A stretch of DNA of 64,000 nucleotides from the NCBI GenBank assembly GCA_965661685.1, contig CBFIET010000175.1, positions 20,160-84,159 of the forward strand, written 5' to 3'. The position numbers and the translations under genes were made by a program. Every line of letters starts with the position of its first letter. Position 1 is the stretch's first letter. The stretch comes from Planctomycetota bacterium. GTDB lineage: Bacteria; Planctomycetota; UBA8108; UBA1146. Shown here in pieces: positions 39,256-47,935 of this stretch. The notes beneath the pieces are model-generated. The model ran no database searches and was not told the origin of the DNA. It saw only the letters and a list, made by a program, of their open reading frames with translations.

Positions 39256-40119
39256 CTATCCCTTTTCGGGATCGGAAACTTCTTCGCCTTCCTTCTTGTC
39301 GCTCGCTTCCTTCTCCTTGGCTTTCTTGCGCTCGATCAACTTCTGAACCGGATCCGGAATGGTGATCTCGATCTCCTGTGGTTCGACGTCATGCTCGATC
39401 TTCTCGACAGTCATTTCCATCTTCTGGATACCTTGTTTGATGTTCATCTGATACGGGTACCAGACCCCATCGACCTGCTTGAAGTCACTCATCTTCAGAC
39501 TCATGGGGATCTTACCCATCGGTGAATCCACCACCAGGCTGATCTGGATCAAGCGGTGGCTCTCGTTGGAGATCCACCACTTTTCCTCGGTATCGGTCTG
39601 CGTCGTGAAGAGATATAGCGTGCACTCTTCATCATCAATTTTCTCTTCAGCAAGCAGGGTTGCAGATTTGTAATCGGTCTCGAAGAACAGTTCAGGAAAG
39701 ACTCTAGAACTTCGTCGGATCTGATCCGCCATCGGCCCCGTGAGAAGTGACGGGCCATTGATGGGATCATTGGACCAGGCGGTGTCATCGTGAAAACCCT
39801 GGACAAAATCTCCGTAATCATCGATCGATAACGATTCGAACATGACTCTCTTCTGAGAGATGTATCCCTGGTTACTTGCCTCGATACCGGCATCGGGAAT
39901 CATGACAGTGGAGATGATTCGACGATTCTTGATCTTTTCGAGGACAGCCTTGTCACCGCGTCCTTCGATCATCTTCGCCTGAATCTCAAGGAGTACATTC
40001 TCATTGGTCTCGACATCGGTTTTCTCCGATGCCTCCTGGGCCTCCAGTACTCCGGCACCCAGAACAGCAATCAGCACGATGGCTAACCAGCTGGTGATTC
40101 GTTTCACTTGATACTCCAT
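39256..40119 (-). CDS. Hypothetical secreted protein with acidic and Lys-rich tail
   Basis: Start MEYQVKRITSWLAIVLIAVLGAGVLEAQE (signal peptide) with GGAGAGG upstream. No recognisable domain. Confidence 0.55.
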   Translation of the reverse strand: MEYQVKRITSWLAIVLIAVLGAGVLEAQEASEKTDVETNENVLLEIQAKMIEGRGDKAVLEKIKNRRIISTVMIPDAGIEASNQGYISQKRVMFESLSIDDYGDFVQGFHDDTAWSNDPINGPSLLTGPMADQIRRSSRVFPELFFETDYKSATLLAEEKIDDEECTLYLFTTQTDTEEKWWISNESHRLIQISLVVDSPMGKIPMSLKMSDFKQVDGVWYPYQMNIKQGIQKMEMTVEKIEHDVEPQEIEITIPDPVQKLIERKKAKEKEASDKKEGEEVSDPEKG

Positions 40120-40196
40120 GTCAAATGTCCTCTCCAATGGACTCACATCTGTTCGTTTCATCGAACTACGATGGCACCCGATCAGTACCCATGTCA

Positions 40197-41582
40197 TCAC
40201 TGTCCCGCAGCTTGTTCGTCACTCGCAGTAGTTCGTATCCAGCGAAGCGCCGCTTGCAGGGCTGGATCGCCCTCCTCGCGAATTCGATCCGGATCGACCA
40301 GAATGATCTCGTCAGGCACCACACCATCGCCCTCGAGTACCCTGCCAGACATCGAACGGTATCCGGCGATGGCATACTGCAGCAGATCCCCACAGGGTAG
40401 GCTCTCTATCATGGATGGCAATGCTGCTCCGGCAGTTGTTCTTCCGAATAATCGCGCCCTCTGCAGGTCCTGGAGACCCTGGGCGAAGATCTCCGCCGTC
40501 GATGCGCTTCCTTCGTCGATCAGTACCGCAACAGGCTTCTTCCACGGGTCGAGTCGCGGATTCACCACGAAGTGCATGTCATGATCACGCAACTTCATCA
40601 CACCCAGTTCCAGGTTTTCTGTTTCCAGGAGCCAACCGGCGATCCCGCAAGCCATCAGCCCCAGGCCACCTGGATTGCCACGGAGGTCGATGATCAAACC
40701 GCGGGCATCTCGGTTCTTCTGGAGGCCTTTCTGGAACCAGGGCATCAGGTATTGAGGACCGAGAAAGATGTTGAAGTGCATGTACAGCACCTCGTCATCG
40801 ATCAATCGATCCTCCAGAACCAGGGGAACTGGCCCGAGATGGCCAAGCTTGACCGGCTGCCCTTTTCCAACTGGTACCACCAGGGGGATTTCTATCTGGC
40901 GAACTTTTCCATGCTCATCTTCAACCGAGTAGGTTCGAGTCTCGCCGGCACTGCCCAGCATCGCCGAGGCGAGTCCTTGTACAGGAAGGTAACGGTTTCC
41001 CACTTCCAACCACGTCTCGATGAGAGGACCCAGTTGCCTTTCTCCCACCGAATGAACGATTTCTCCGGGAAGTAATCCCGCCCCCTGTGCGGGGCTACCT
41101 TCCTTGACCTTGACCACCACGGCACGGCCATCGCCGACTCGAAGGATTGCACCTGTCTCCGCATCTCCCCCATCACCGACACCAGCCGCTGCATTGCGCG
41201 GGAAGATTCCGAAGTGAGAGAGTTCCAGACCTCGCAACAGGCCACGCAACGCCCTGCGCGCATCCCGCACCGTGGATGCTGCCTCCATCGTCTGTCTCCA
41301 GTGGATTTTCGCTTCTTCCCACTCTTCCCCGAGCTCCTCCGGCTCCCAGTAGGTGCTGTCAATTTTCTCACAGACCTGGTCGAAGGACTGAAGGTACAGA
41401 TCCATCTGATCCTGGCTGAGAAGCGGGGAGCGCTTCTCCATACCTCCACAGCCACCGATGAAGATGACTGCGAGCAAGAGCAGCAGGCGAGCCTCGAGCT
41501 TGGTGTGTAACAAGTGTTCCGCTCCTTCCGAGAACTCAATTTGCGGGTCTGGATTGTAGGGTGTCCGATAGGCAAATCCCAT
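40197..41582 (-). CDS. S41-family C-terminal-processing (tail-specific) peptidase with PDZ domain
   Basis: PDZ VKVKEGSPAQGAGLLPGEIVHSVG. S41 core LIIDLRGNPGGLGLMACGIAG. Start uncertain: the ATG at 41582, or a TTG near 41522 giving MLHTKLEARLLLLLAVIFIGGC, a lipoprotein signal. Confidence 0.75.
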   Translation of the reverse strand: MGFAYRTPYNPDPQIEFSEGAEHLLHTKLEARLLLLLAVIFIGGCGGMEKRSPLLSQDQMDLYLQSFDQVCEKIDSTYWEPEELGEEWEEAKIHWRQTMEAASTVRDARRALRGLLRGLELSHFGIFPRNAAAGVGDGGDAETGAILRVGDGRAVVVKVKEGSPAQGAGLLPGEIVHSVGERQLGPLIETWLEVGNRYLPVQGLASAMLGSAGETRTYSVEDEHGKVRQIEIPLVVPVGKGQPVKLGHLGPVPLVLEDRLIDDEVLYMHFNIFLGPQYLMPWFQKGLQKNRDARGLIIDLRGNPGGLGLMACGIAGWLLETENLELGVMKLRDHDMHFVVNPRLDPWKKPVAVLIDEGSASTAEIFAQGLQDLQRARLFGRTTAGAALPSMIESLPCGDLLQYAIAGYRSMSGRVLEGDGVVPDEIILVDPDRIREEGDPALQAALRWIRTTASDEQAAGQ

Positions 41583-41706
41583 CGATCTCCCGGCACCCAC
41601 ATGACAGATCTCAAGGCTCCTGTGATTGCAAACCAGCGAAGTTGGCTCCATCATTCGTTTTTTGGAGGCCCCATGTAGGGGACAGCGATCAGAAAGTCGA
41701 GAGAGC

Positions 41707-42474
41707 ATGGCCAGCAAGATCTCCATCGAAGTCTGCATCGACGACCCAGGCTTCGCCGTCGAGGTTGCTGAAGCAGGGGCGCAGCGCATCGAGATGTGCA
41801 GTGCACTCGATGTCGGCGGCCTCACCCCGACAAGATCGGCCCTCGAACGATGCCAACGCTCCGGGATTCCGGTCACCGCCATGACACGGATCCGTCCTGG
41901 AGATTTCATCCTCGATGAAAACGACATCGCCTGGATGCGCGATGAAATCGCCTCCCATGTCGAGGCGGGGGTGCAGGGGATCGTTCTCGGCGCGCTGACT
42001 GCAGAGGGAGAGATCGATACCGGCGCACTACGCTGGCTGATGGATGGTTGTAATGGACTCCCCGTGACCTTCCATCGCGCTTTCGATCACTGCAACGACC
42101 TGCAGCGAGGACTGGAGCAGATCATCGATAGCGGTTGCCAGCGATTGCTCACTTCCGGGGGTGCCCCCACCGTCCACGATGGCATCGAGGAACTGATTCG
42201 CATCAACGAGGCTGCGGGAGATCGAATCGAGATCATCGCAGGAGGCGGCGTGAGAGCAGAGGAAGTGAAGAATCTCGTTTCCCGCAGTGGGATCAGTTGG
42301 GTTCATCTGAGCGGACGAAGTAGTTCCAGTGGCGGTCAAGACTCCACAGCCACCTCCCGGAAAAGTGACCAGATCCCGCTTGGCCGCCTCGAGTCAGGGG
42401 GCTCCAGGGCGAGATTCAGCACCGATCCCTCCATCATCCGGCGGGTCAGAGCAGTTCTTGACGGTGAGGAATGA
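41707..42474 (+). CDS. cutC: Copper homeostasis protein CutC family
   Basis: MASKISIEVCIDDPGFAVEVAEAGAQRIEMC...PVTFHRAFDHCNDL...RLLTSGG. Colinear with E. coli CutC. Confidence 0.85.
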   Translation: MASKISIEVCIDDPGFAVEVAEAGAQRIEMCSALDVGGLTPTRSALERCQRSGIPVTAMTRIRPGDFILDENDIAWMRDEIASHVEAGVQGIVLGALTAEGEIDTGALRWLMDGCNGLPVTFHRAFDHCNDLQRGLEQIIDSGCQRLLTSGGAPTVHDGIEELIRINEAAGDRIEIIAGGGVRAEEVKNLVSRSGISWVHLSGRSSSSGGQDSTATSRKSDQIPLGRLESGGSRARFSTDPSIIRRVRAVLDGEE

Positions 42475-42534
42475 TGACCTTTTTTCCCTGCTCGTGGTAA
42501 TCTGCCCTCCTGTGCGAAAGGACAGTGAATCACC

Positions 42535-43608
42535 TTGGATAAGGTCGAACCAGACAACTTCAACGTGAAGTACGGTGGATTCGGACGCGTCTCCTGGCAG
42601 GTTCGCTGGGAGGGTGGTCAGTTGATCTGGCGTCGCTTCGATCCCGAGTGGACCGAGGTCGCCAGCACCGAGATCCAGCCGGAGCCACAGCAGTGGATCG
42701 ACTTCTGGAGCGCTCTCGACGCCAGCCGTATCTGGGACTGGAACGAGGTCTACTACCGTTCAGCACAGAGGATCCAGGTTCCCGATGATTCCCACAAACT
42801 GGAATCTCCGGAAGAGGCCGATGAGGTGACTTCCTGGGCGGTGGAAATCCTCCTCAAGGATGGCCGCCTCATCGATTCCAGTGGATCCAATGCAGTCCCG
42901 GGTGAAACCCGTCGCTCCAGAAGAGGGCGAGGTCGCCGCAGAGGTGGCCGAAACCGCAACTCCCAGCCCGACCAGAAGCCGCAGGAACAACCACAGGCTC
43001 CCCCCGCAGCCGCGGAGGAGGTCTCCACACAGGTCCAGGAAGAGGGAGACAATCTGGGGATCCCTGCAGACACCTTCGATCAGTTCATCGCTGCCGTGAA
43101 AATCCTGATCGGCGGGAAAGAGTTTGCGGAGGAGCAGCCTCCCGAGGCGTTGTTCACACAATTTCGAACCCGAACCGTCGAGCGCACCGATCGTCCCGAC
43201 CCCTTTGCAGAGGAAGAGAAACGTTCCCCTGGAAGTTCTAAGCGGCGAAAGCGAGTGCGAAAGCCGGGAAGTCGTTCCAGTTCTTCCACTTCGCGTACCG
43301 AGGGATCCTCGACCCGCAAGAAGCGATCGCGCCGGGGCAATAGACGAACAGAGGGGACCGCGGAAGCAGCTGCGGGGGAGACGGGACAGCCGAAGAAGCG
43401 TCGACGTCGTCGCCGCAAGAAGGCCGGCAGCGGCGCCGCTGCTCCGGGTCAGGCTCCTGCCGACAAGAATCGTTCCACCCAGGGTGAGAACACCTCTGGA
43501 CAAGGGGATGGTACCCAGCGAAAGAAACGAAGAAGGCGCCGCCGCAGGAGAAAACCGGGCGGAGGCGGCGATTCCGGTGGAGCGTCTCCAGCACCATCCG
43601 GAGGCTAG
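42535..43608 (+). CDS. Hypothetical protein: ~140-aa Trp-rich N-terminal domain plus ~210-aa extremely basic Arg/Lys/Gly/Ser-rich disordered tail
   Basis: Tail with RRSRRGRGRRRGGRNRN ... KKRRRRRRKKAG ... RKKRRRRRRRRKPGGGGDSGG. No catalytic motifs. Confidence 0.6.
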   Translation: MDKVEPDNFNVKYGGFGRVSWQVRWEGGQLIWRRFDPEWTEVASTEIQPEPQQWIDFWSALDASRIWDWNEVYYRSAQRIQVPDDSHKLESPEEADEVTSWAVEILLKDGRLIDSSGSNAVPGETRRSRRGRGRRRGGRNRNSQPDQKPQEQPQAPPAAAEEVSTQVQEEGDNLGIPADTFDQFIAAVKILIGGKEFAEEQPPEALFTQFRTRTVERTDRPDPFAEEEKRSPGSSKRRKRVRKPGSRSSSSTSRTEGSSTRKKRSRRGNRRTEGTAEAAAGETGQPKKRRRRRRKKAGSGAAAPGQAPADKNRSTQGENTSGQGDGTQRKKRRRRRRRRKPGGGGDSGGASPAPSGG

Positions 43609-44675
43609 AGCCTGCCAAACTTGGCAGCCATCTGCAGCGTCCGCTGTGGAAGTCGAGCATCGTTGGTCTTGATGATCAACTGCCCGCGAAGAAGCGCTTC
43701 CTTCCGGTACTCCAGTAACGTCACACCGATCCTGAACTGTCTTCCTGCCACGAGATGCTCCACCTCAACCTCGAACAGCTCTTCAGGAAATCCATCGAGG
43801 CGAACCTCCTCGATGCTGAGTGGTTTCTCATCATCGAGATTCAGGATCTGGATGTACTTGGTCACCACCGGGTCCCCGTCTCCCAGAAGCCGATCGGTAT
43901 CCCTGTTCCCGAACTGAAACACTCTCGATGGATTGATCTGGATCGGATCGAGGTGTTCGATCTCGACGTATCGACCGACCACGACCTCTCGCCCGTCCTT
44001 GACGCGGATCAACAGATCGAGTGGATCCTTGAGATTGCGCGGCGCAGGGGACGATGCCACGGTGACCTCGATCTCGTACAGCCTGTCCTTCTCGACCTCG
44101 TTGAAATCAGTGATCTCGAACTCACCATTTCTCGATCTGGCACCCGCCACCTCGAAGCCGAGGTCGGTGGTAGCCAGGAGCTGAACCCTGGTCGATTTCG
44201 ATCTTCCCATCAGGCCGGAGACCTTGATCGGATCGGGGGCTGTCCTGAAGAGGGCGATCACCTCGACGGTGAAGATGAATCGTATTCTTGGTTGCTCCGG
44301 ATCATCGGTCTCGAAGGACACTCCCTTGCGGGTGTCTCCTGGCTTGATCTTCTTTGAATCCACACTCACCCGGATAGCCGCCGTTTCTCCGGCAGCAATC
44401 GAGGAGGGTTTTGAGATCACCTTCGTGCAACCACACGAGGGGATTGCCCTCCACAGGTTGAGAGGCGCATCACCTTCATTCCTGATCAAGATGTCTCTCT
44501 CGATCACCTCGCCCTGCAGTAATTTTCCGTAATCGGTTTCCGTCTCGACCAGGACGATTCTTGGAGTCCCCGTTTCGAGGGTTGTAGCCGATCCAGCCAC
44601 GGACCAGCCCACAAGGGTCGCCAGGGTAAATGTAAGCATCAAGAATCCTCGGCCAGTCATGTATCGATCCATCAT
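43605..44675 (-). CDS. DUF1573-domain secreted protein
   Basis: Signal peptide. RNEGDAPLNLWRAIPSCGCT matches the DUF1573 hallmark (N.G..PL.I...SCGCT). The first domain is followed by two further beta-rich repeats. Confidence 0.7.
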   Translation of the reverse strand: MMDRYMTGRGFLMLTFTLATLVGWSVAGSATTLETGTPRIVLVETETDYGKLLQGEVIERDILIRNEGDAPLNLWRAIPSCGCTKVISKPSSIAAGETAAIRVSVDSKKIKPGDTRKGVSFETDDPEQPRIRFIFTVEVIALFRTAPDPIKVSGLMGRSKSTRVQLLATTDLGFEVAGARSRNGEFEITDFNEVEKDRLYEIEVTVASSPAPRNLKDPLDLLIRVKDGREVVVGRYVEIEHLDPIQINPSRVFQFGNRDTDRLLGDGDPVVTKYIQILNLDDEKPLSIEEVRLDGFPEELFEVEVEHLVAGRQFRIGVTLLEYRKEALLRGQLIIKTNDARLPQRTLQMAAKFGRL

Positions 44676-44743
44676 CGCAAAGCACCTGGTCTTCTTTTAG
44701 AGTGTGCAAGAGTTCATCATCCAGGACGAAGCGGAGGCATATC

Positions 44744-46168
44744 ATGCAAGACCCCATGCAACACCCTGCGGCTACCAGAATCTTACTGCTAATTCTCCCG
44801 TGGCTACTGTTAGTTTCCTGTGGAGCCACCGCTTCGGAACAGTTTCCCCTCGGAATTCTCGGTGGGCAAGGGAAGGTTGAAGCAGGAAGCAACCTGTTGA
44901 CCATCGTCAAGGTTCATCAGGGCTCTCCGGCACAATCTGGTGGATTGCTGGCGGGGGATCGAATCCAGGGAATCGGCTCCGCCACCTTCAGCAAGCACTC
45001 TGCAAAGGTAGATGTGGGAGGTACGGGGCCGCAACGATCGCTGGGGGAAGCTCTCGACCAGATCGCCTCTCACACCGATGAAGAGCGAAGAACGATCAAC
45101 CTCTCCCTGCTCAGGGGAGAGGAAACGCTGACGATCGACGTCTCTCTCCCTCACAGGCCCACCGTCCTGTCTCCGGAAGGGCGGGCTCTCCTCGTAAAGA
45201 ATTGCGCACAGCAACTACTCTCCAGCCAGAGCAAGGGGGGACTGTGGAATGCTCCCGTCGGCTTGACCGGTGATCGCGTGCTGACCGCCTGGGCAGTGGT
45301 CGCATTGATGTCCACAGGAAACGAGGAATACCGCGAGGCCATCGATCGCGGAATCCAGTGGCTCCGTGGACCCGATGGAAATTGCTGGATCCAGGACGAC
45401 CCGCTGATCAAGGGACCGGATAACCTGGGAAACTGGGCGATCACTGCCACCGTGATGGCCCTCACCGAACACCATCTACTCAGCGGGGATCCTCTCGACC
45501 GTAGCGTCATCGAGAGGTGCTGCAAGGCGTTGAGTGCACGCATCACCGACGACGGTTTGTTTGGCCACGATGTTGTTCCCGGCTACAGCCGGAAGGGATT
45601 CAATGTCATCAACACCCTCTCCCATATGGCCTGGGCAGCCGCTTCCCAGGTGGGCATCACGCTCGATGAGAAGTCCTGGAACAGCAGTCTCGAACAGATC
45701 CGCAACTCCCTCGACAGCAATGGCGGCATCCGTTACTGGACGATGAAGGGAACCGGAACCCAGGACGCCTCACTGCGCACATCCTCCATGGCGCTCGGAC
45801 TCTCCATCGCCAGCACGGAGCAGGAACTCGCCAATACACTCGCCAAGTATCTCGCCACCCACCCGCAACGGACCAGGGAAGCTCACGCTGTAGGATCGAT
45901 GGGGATGATCCTGACACCTTCTGCATTGTGGCGACTCGATCGAGATGGTTATCAGACATTTCTCGATGAGTGGCGCTGGTACCTGGCCCTCACCCAGCAA
46001 CACGATGGTTCGATCCGCTACATCGGAGGCAAGCGGAACAACGGCGGAGATTCCTACCTGGGATTTCACAAGATCGGATGCATCATCGCGACGATGATCG
46101 TCACACCGCAACGACAGCACCTGCTGATGAATGGAAAAGCCCTGAATTCCAGCGGGAATCAGGACTAA
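44744..46168 (+). CDS. Secreted PDZ-domain protein with prenyltransferase / squalene-oxidase-like (alpha/alpha-toroid) repeats
   Basis: Signal ILLLILPWLLLVSC. PDZ VKVHQGSPAQSGGLLAGDRIQGIG. Toroid repeats GGLWNAPVGLTGDRVLTAWAVVALMSTG and NGGIRYWTMKGTG. Confidence 0.55.
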   Translation: MQDPMQHPAATRILLLILPWLLLVSCGATASEQFPLGILGGQGKVEAGSNLLTIVKVHQGSPAQSGGLLAGDRIQGIGSATFSKHSAKVDVGGTGPQRSLGEALDQIASHTDEERRTINLSLLRGEETLTIDVSLPHRPTVLSPEGRALLVKNCAQQLLSSQSKGGLWNAPVGLTGDRVLTAWAVVALMSTGNEEYREAIDRGIQWLRGPDGNCWIQDDPLIKGPDNLGNWAITATVMALTEHHLLSGDPLDRSVIERCCKALSARITDDGLFGHDVVPGYSRKGFNVINTLSHMAWAAASQVGITLDEKSWNSSLEQIRNSLDSNGGIRYWTMKGTGTQDASLRTSSMALGLSIASTEQELANTLAKYLATHPQRTREAHAVGSMGMILTPSALWRLDRDGYQTFLDEWRWYLALTQQHDGSIRYIGGKRNNGGDSYLGFHKIGCIIATMIVTPQRQHLLMNGKALNSSGNQD

Positions 46169-46284
46169 TCAGCCGATCCTGCCGAGTGGGATCGCTCCTT
46201 GGATTCCACCCTCTGAACCCTATGATGGAGTGTAATTGCCTCGATGTGTGAAGCCACGATTCGAGGCCTGAGAAGAGACTGGTC

Positions 46285-47028
46285 ATGAAACCATGGTTGA
46301 TCCTGATCGCCATCTTCACCGCCTCACTCTCCTGTTCGGCACAGGATCCGATCTTCCTTGAACTTGGAACGATCGAGTTCGATGAGATCACCGGTGAAGG
46401 CTCGGTAGAGATGATGATGACGAGCACCGTTCCCATCGCCGGATTCCAGTTCGATCTGACCTTTGACCCTACCTCGGTACAGTTGACCAGCGCTGTCGGT
46501 GGGCTTGCAGATACCTACGGATACACCGTCGGCTGGGGACCCACCACCGGAACCGTCATCGGCTACTCCCTGACACTGGTAGAGATCCCAGCCACCCTGG
46601 TTCCTGCACAACTGCTCACCGTCACCTTTACCTGCTCCTCCTGCTCCGGAACCGCTCCCGAGATCTGCATCGAAGCCCCGGTCTTTGCGGATGTGAATGC
46701 CAATGGCATCCCCACATCGATTGGTCCCTGCGATACGGCGAGTGCCCTACCTCTGTTCCTGCGAGGCGATTGCAACACCGATAGCAATGCGAACCTTGCA
46801 GATGCGATCTTCTTGCTGGCGAATCTCTTCTCTGGAGGCCCAGAAAGTGACTGCGTGGATGGGTGTGACTGTAATGACGACAACTCGCTGAATATCGCGG
46901 ATGCCATCTACTTCCTCAGTTACCTCTTCAATGGAGGTGCTCCGCCTGCACCGCCAGGAATCATCGAATGTGGACTCGACCCGACCGATGATTCCCTCGA
47001 CTGTTTGCTACCTGCGGCGTGCCCCTGA
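46285..47028 (+). CDS. Small secreted protein with an N-terminal cohesin-like domain and a C-terminal dockerin-like Cys-rich module
   Basis: Signal MKPWLILIAIFTASLSCSAQD. Cohesin-like blocks VPIAGFQFDLTFDPTSVQLTSA (compare GIANCDFVYSYDPNVLEI) and VFADVNANGI (compare GGFADNDLV). C-terminus DCNTDSNANLADAIFLLANLFSGG...CVDGCDCNDDNSLNIADAIYFLSYLFNGG...CGLDPTDDSLDC. Confidence 0.55.
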   Translation: MKPWLILIAIFTASLSCSAQDPIFLELGTIEFDEITGEGSVEMMMTSTVPIAGFQFDLTFDPTSVQLTSAVGGLADTYGYTVGWGPTTGTVIGYSLTLVEIPATLVPAQLLTVTFTCSSCSGTAPEICIEAPVFADVNANGIPTSIGPCDTASALPLFLRGDCNTDSNANLADAIFLLANLFSGGPESDCVDGCDCNDDNSLNIADAIYFLSYLFNGGAPPAPPGIIECGLDPTDDSLDCLLPAACP

Positions 47029-47050
47029 TCTCGAGCTGATCATCTGGTAG

Positions 47051-47935
47051 TCACTCGGGACGAGGATTGGCCTTGTAGGCCTCTTCCATTCCATCGGCCC
47101 ACCGAAACTCCGGCAATGTCGTGCGATCCAGTCGCTTCAGGTGCGGCTCACCGCTTCTAAGTGTCGGATGGATGTATTTCCAGTCTCCATCTCCGAACAC
47201 CTCCTGGCACAGTGCTGCCACTGGCGCATCGTATTCCAGTAGTTCTTCTCGGGTGTCGATATGATTGTGCTGATTATCATTTTCCCGGTTGGTATCGAAC
47301 CAGCACTGCACCGCTTCTGCCCAGTACTCCATCCGGTTGGTGGAAGCGTAGGCCCCCTCCCACAACCCCTTGTCGATGGCGGATTGATAACTGGCCTTCA
47401 AGCGATCGTCAAAGGTCGGGTCGGTGTAGCGAAGTCCCATCTCGTGGATGGCGTGGGCGAACTCGTGGATGAGGATGTTCTCGGTAGAATACGGATCTCC
47501 CACCATCGCCAGCAGGTTTTCCTCTCCACAGGAAACCGATGGACGAGCGGAGGTTGCGCCGAGTCCCCGTGCTCGACGATCCCAGTACTCCGGCGGTGTC
47601 AGATCCGAGTGCTCAGGAACATCAGTGGTCCACTCATCGTGGGCCATGACAGTAAACCTCGTCTTGCTTTCTGTCATCGCCTGTAAGATCTCCGGACGGT
47701 GCCCGATCATCTTGAGGATCAGGTATCTCGCTTCAACCAGCGATACGGGGTTGACCCTTTCGCTGGCAAGCACGGGGAACCCCATTGCGTCCGCATGCTG
47801 CTGGTAATAGGTGGGCAGGTTCAATTCGGCCCGCAAACCATCTGGAACCGGGCGAACCACCTCTGCCACTTCATCTCGCGGATGGAATGGCAAGCAGCCG
47901 CTCACGATCAAACCGATCCACAGGAATCTCTTCAC
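47051..47935 (-). CDS. HExxH zincin-like metallopeptidase lipoprotein
   Basis: Lipobox LIVSGC. ENILIHEFAHAIHEMG (HExxH) and a downstream EYWAE glutamate. Overlaps the rmuC stop. Confidence 0.65.
   Translation of the reverse strand: MKRFLWIGLIVSGCLPFHPRDEVAEVVRPVPDGLRAELNLPTYYQQHADAMGFPVLASERVNPVSLVEARYLILKMIGHRPEILQAMTESKTRFTVMAHDEWTTDVPEHSDLTPPEYWDRRARGLGATSARPSVSCGEENLLAMVGDPYSTENILIHEFAHAIHEMGLRYTDPTFDDRLKASYQSAIDKGLWEGAYASTNRMEYWAEAVQCWFDTNRENDNQHNHIDTREELLEYDAPVAALCQEVFGDGDWKYIHPTLRSGEPHLKRLDRTTLPEFRWADGMEEAYKANPRPE

Noticed and set aside
42760-43503. 247-aa minus ORF rich in Ser/Leu/Gly
   Set aside because: Antisense frame of the Arg-rich tail coding region. The compositional bias mirrors the plus strand.
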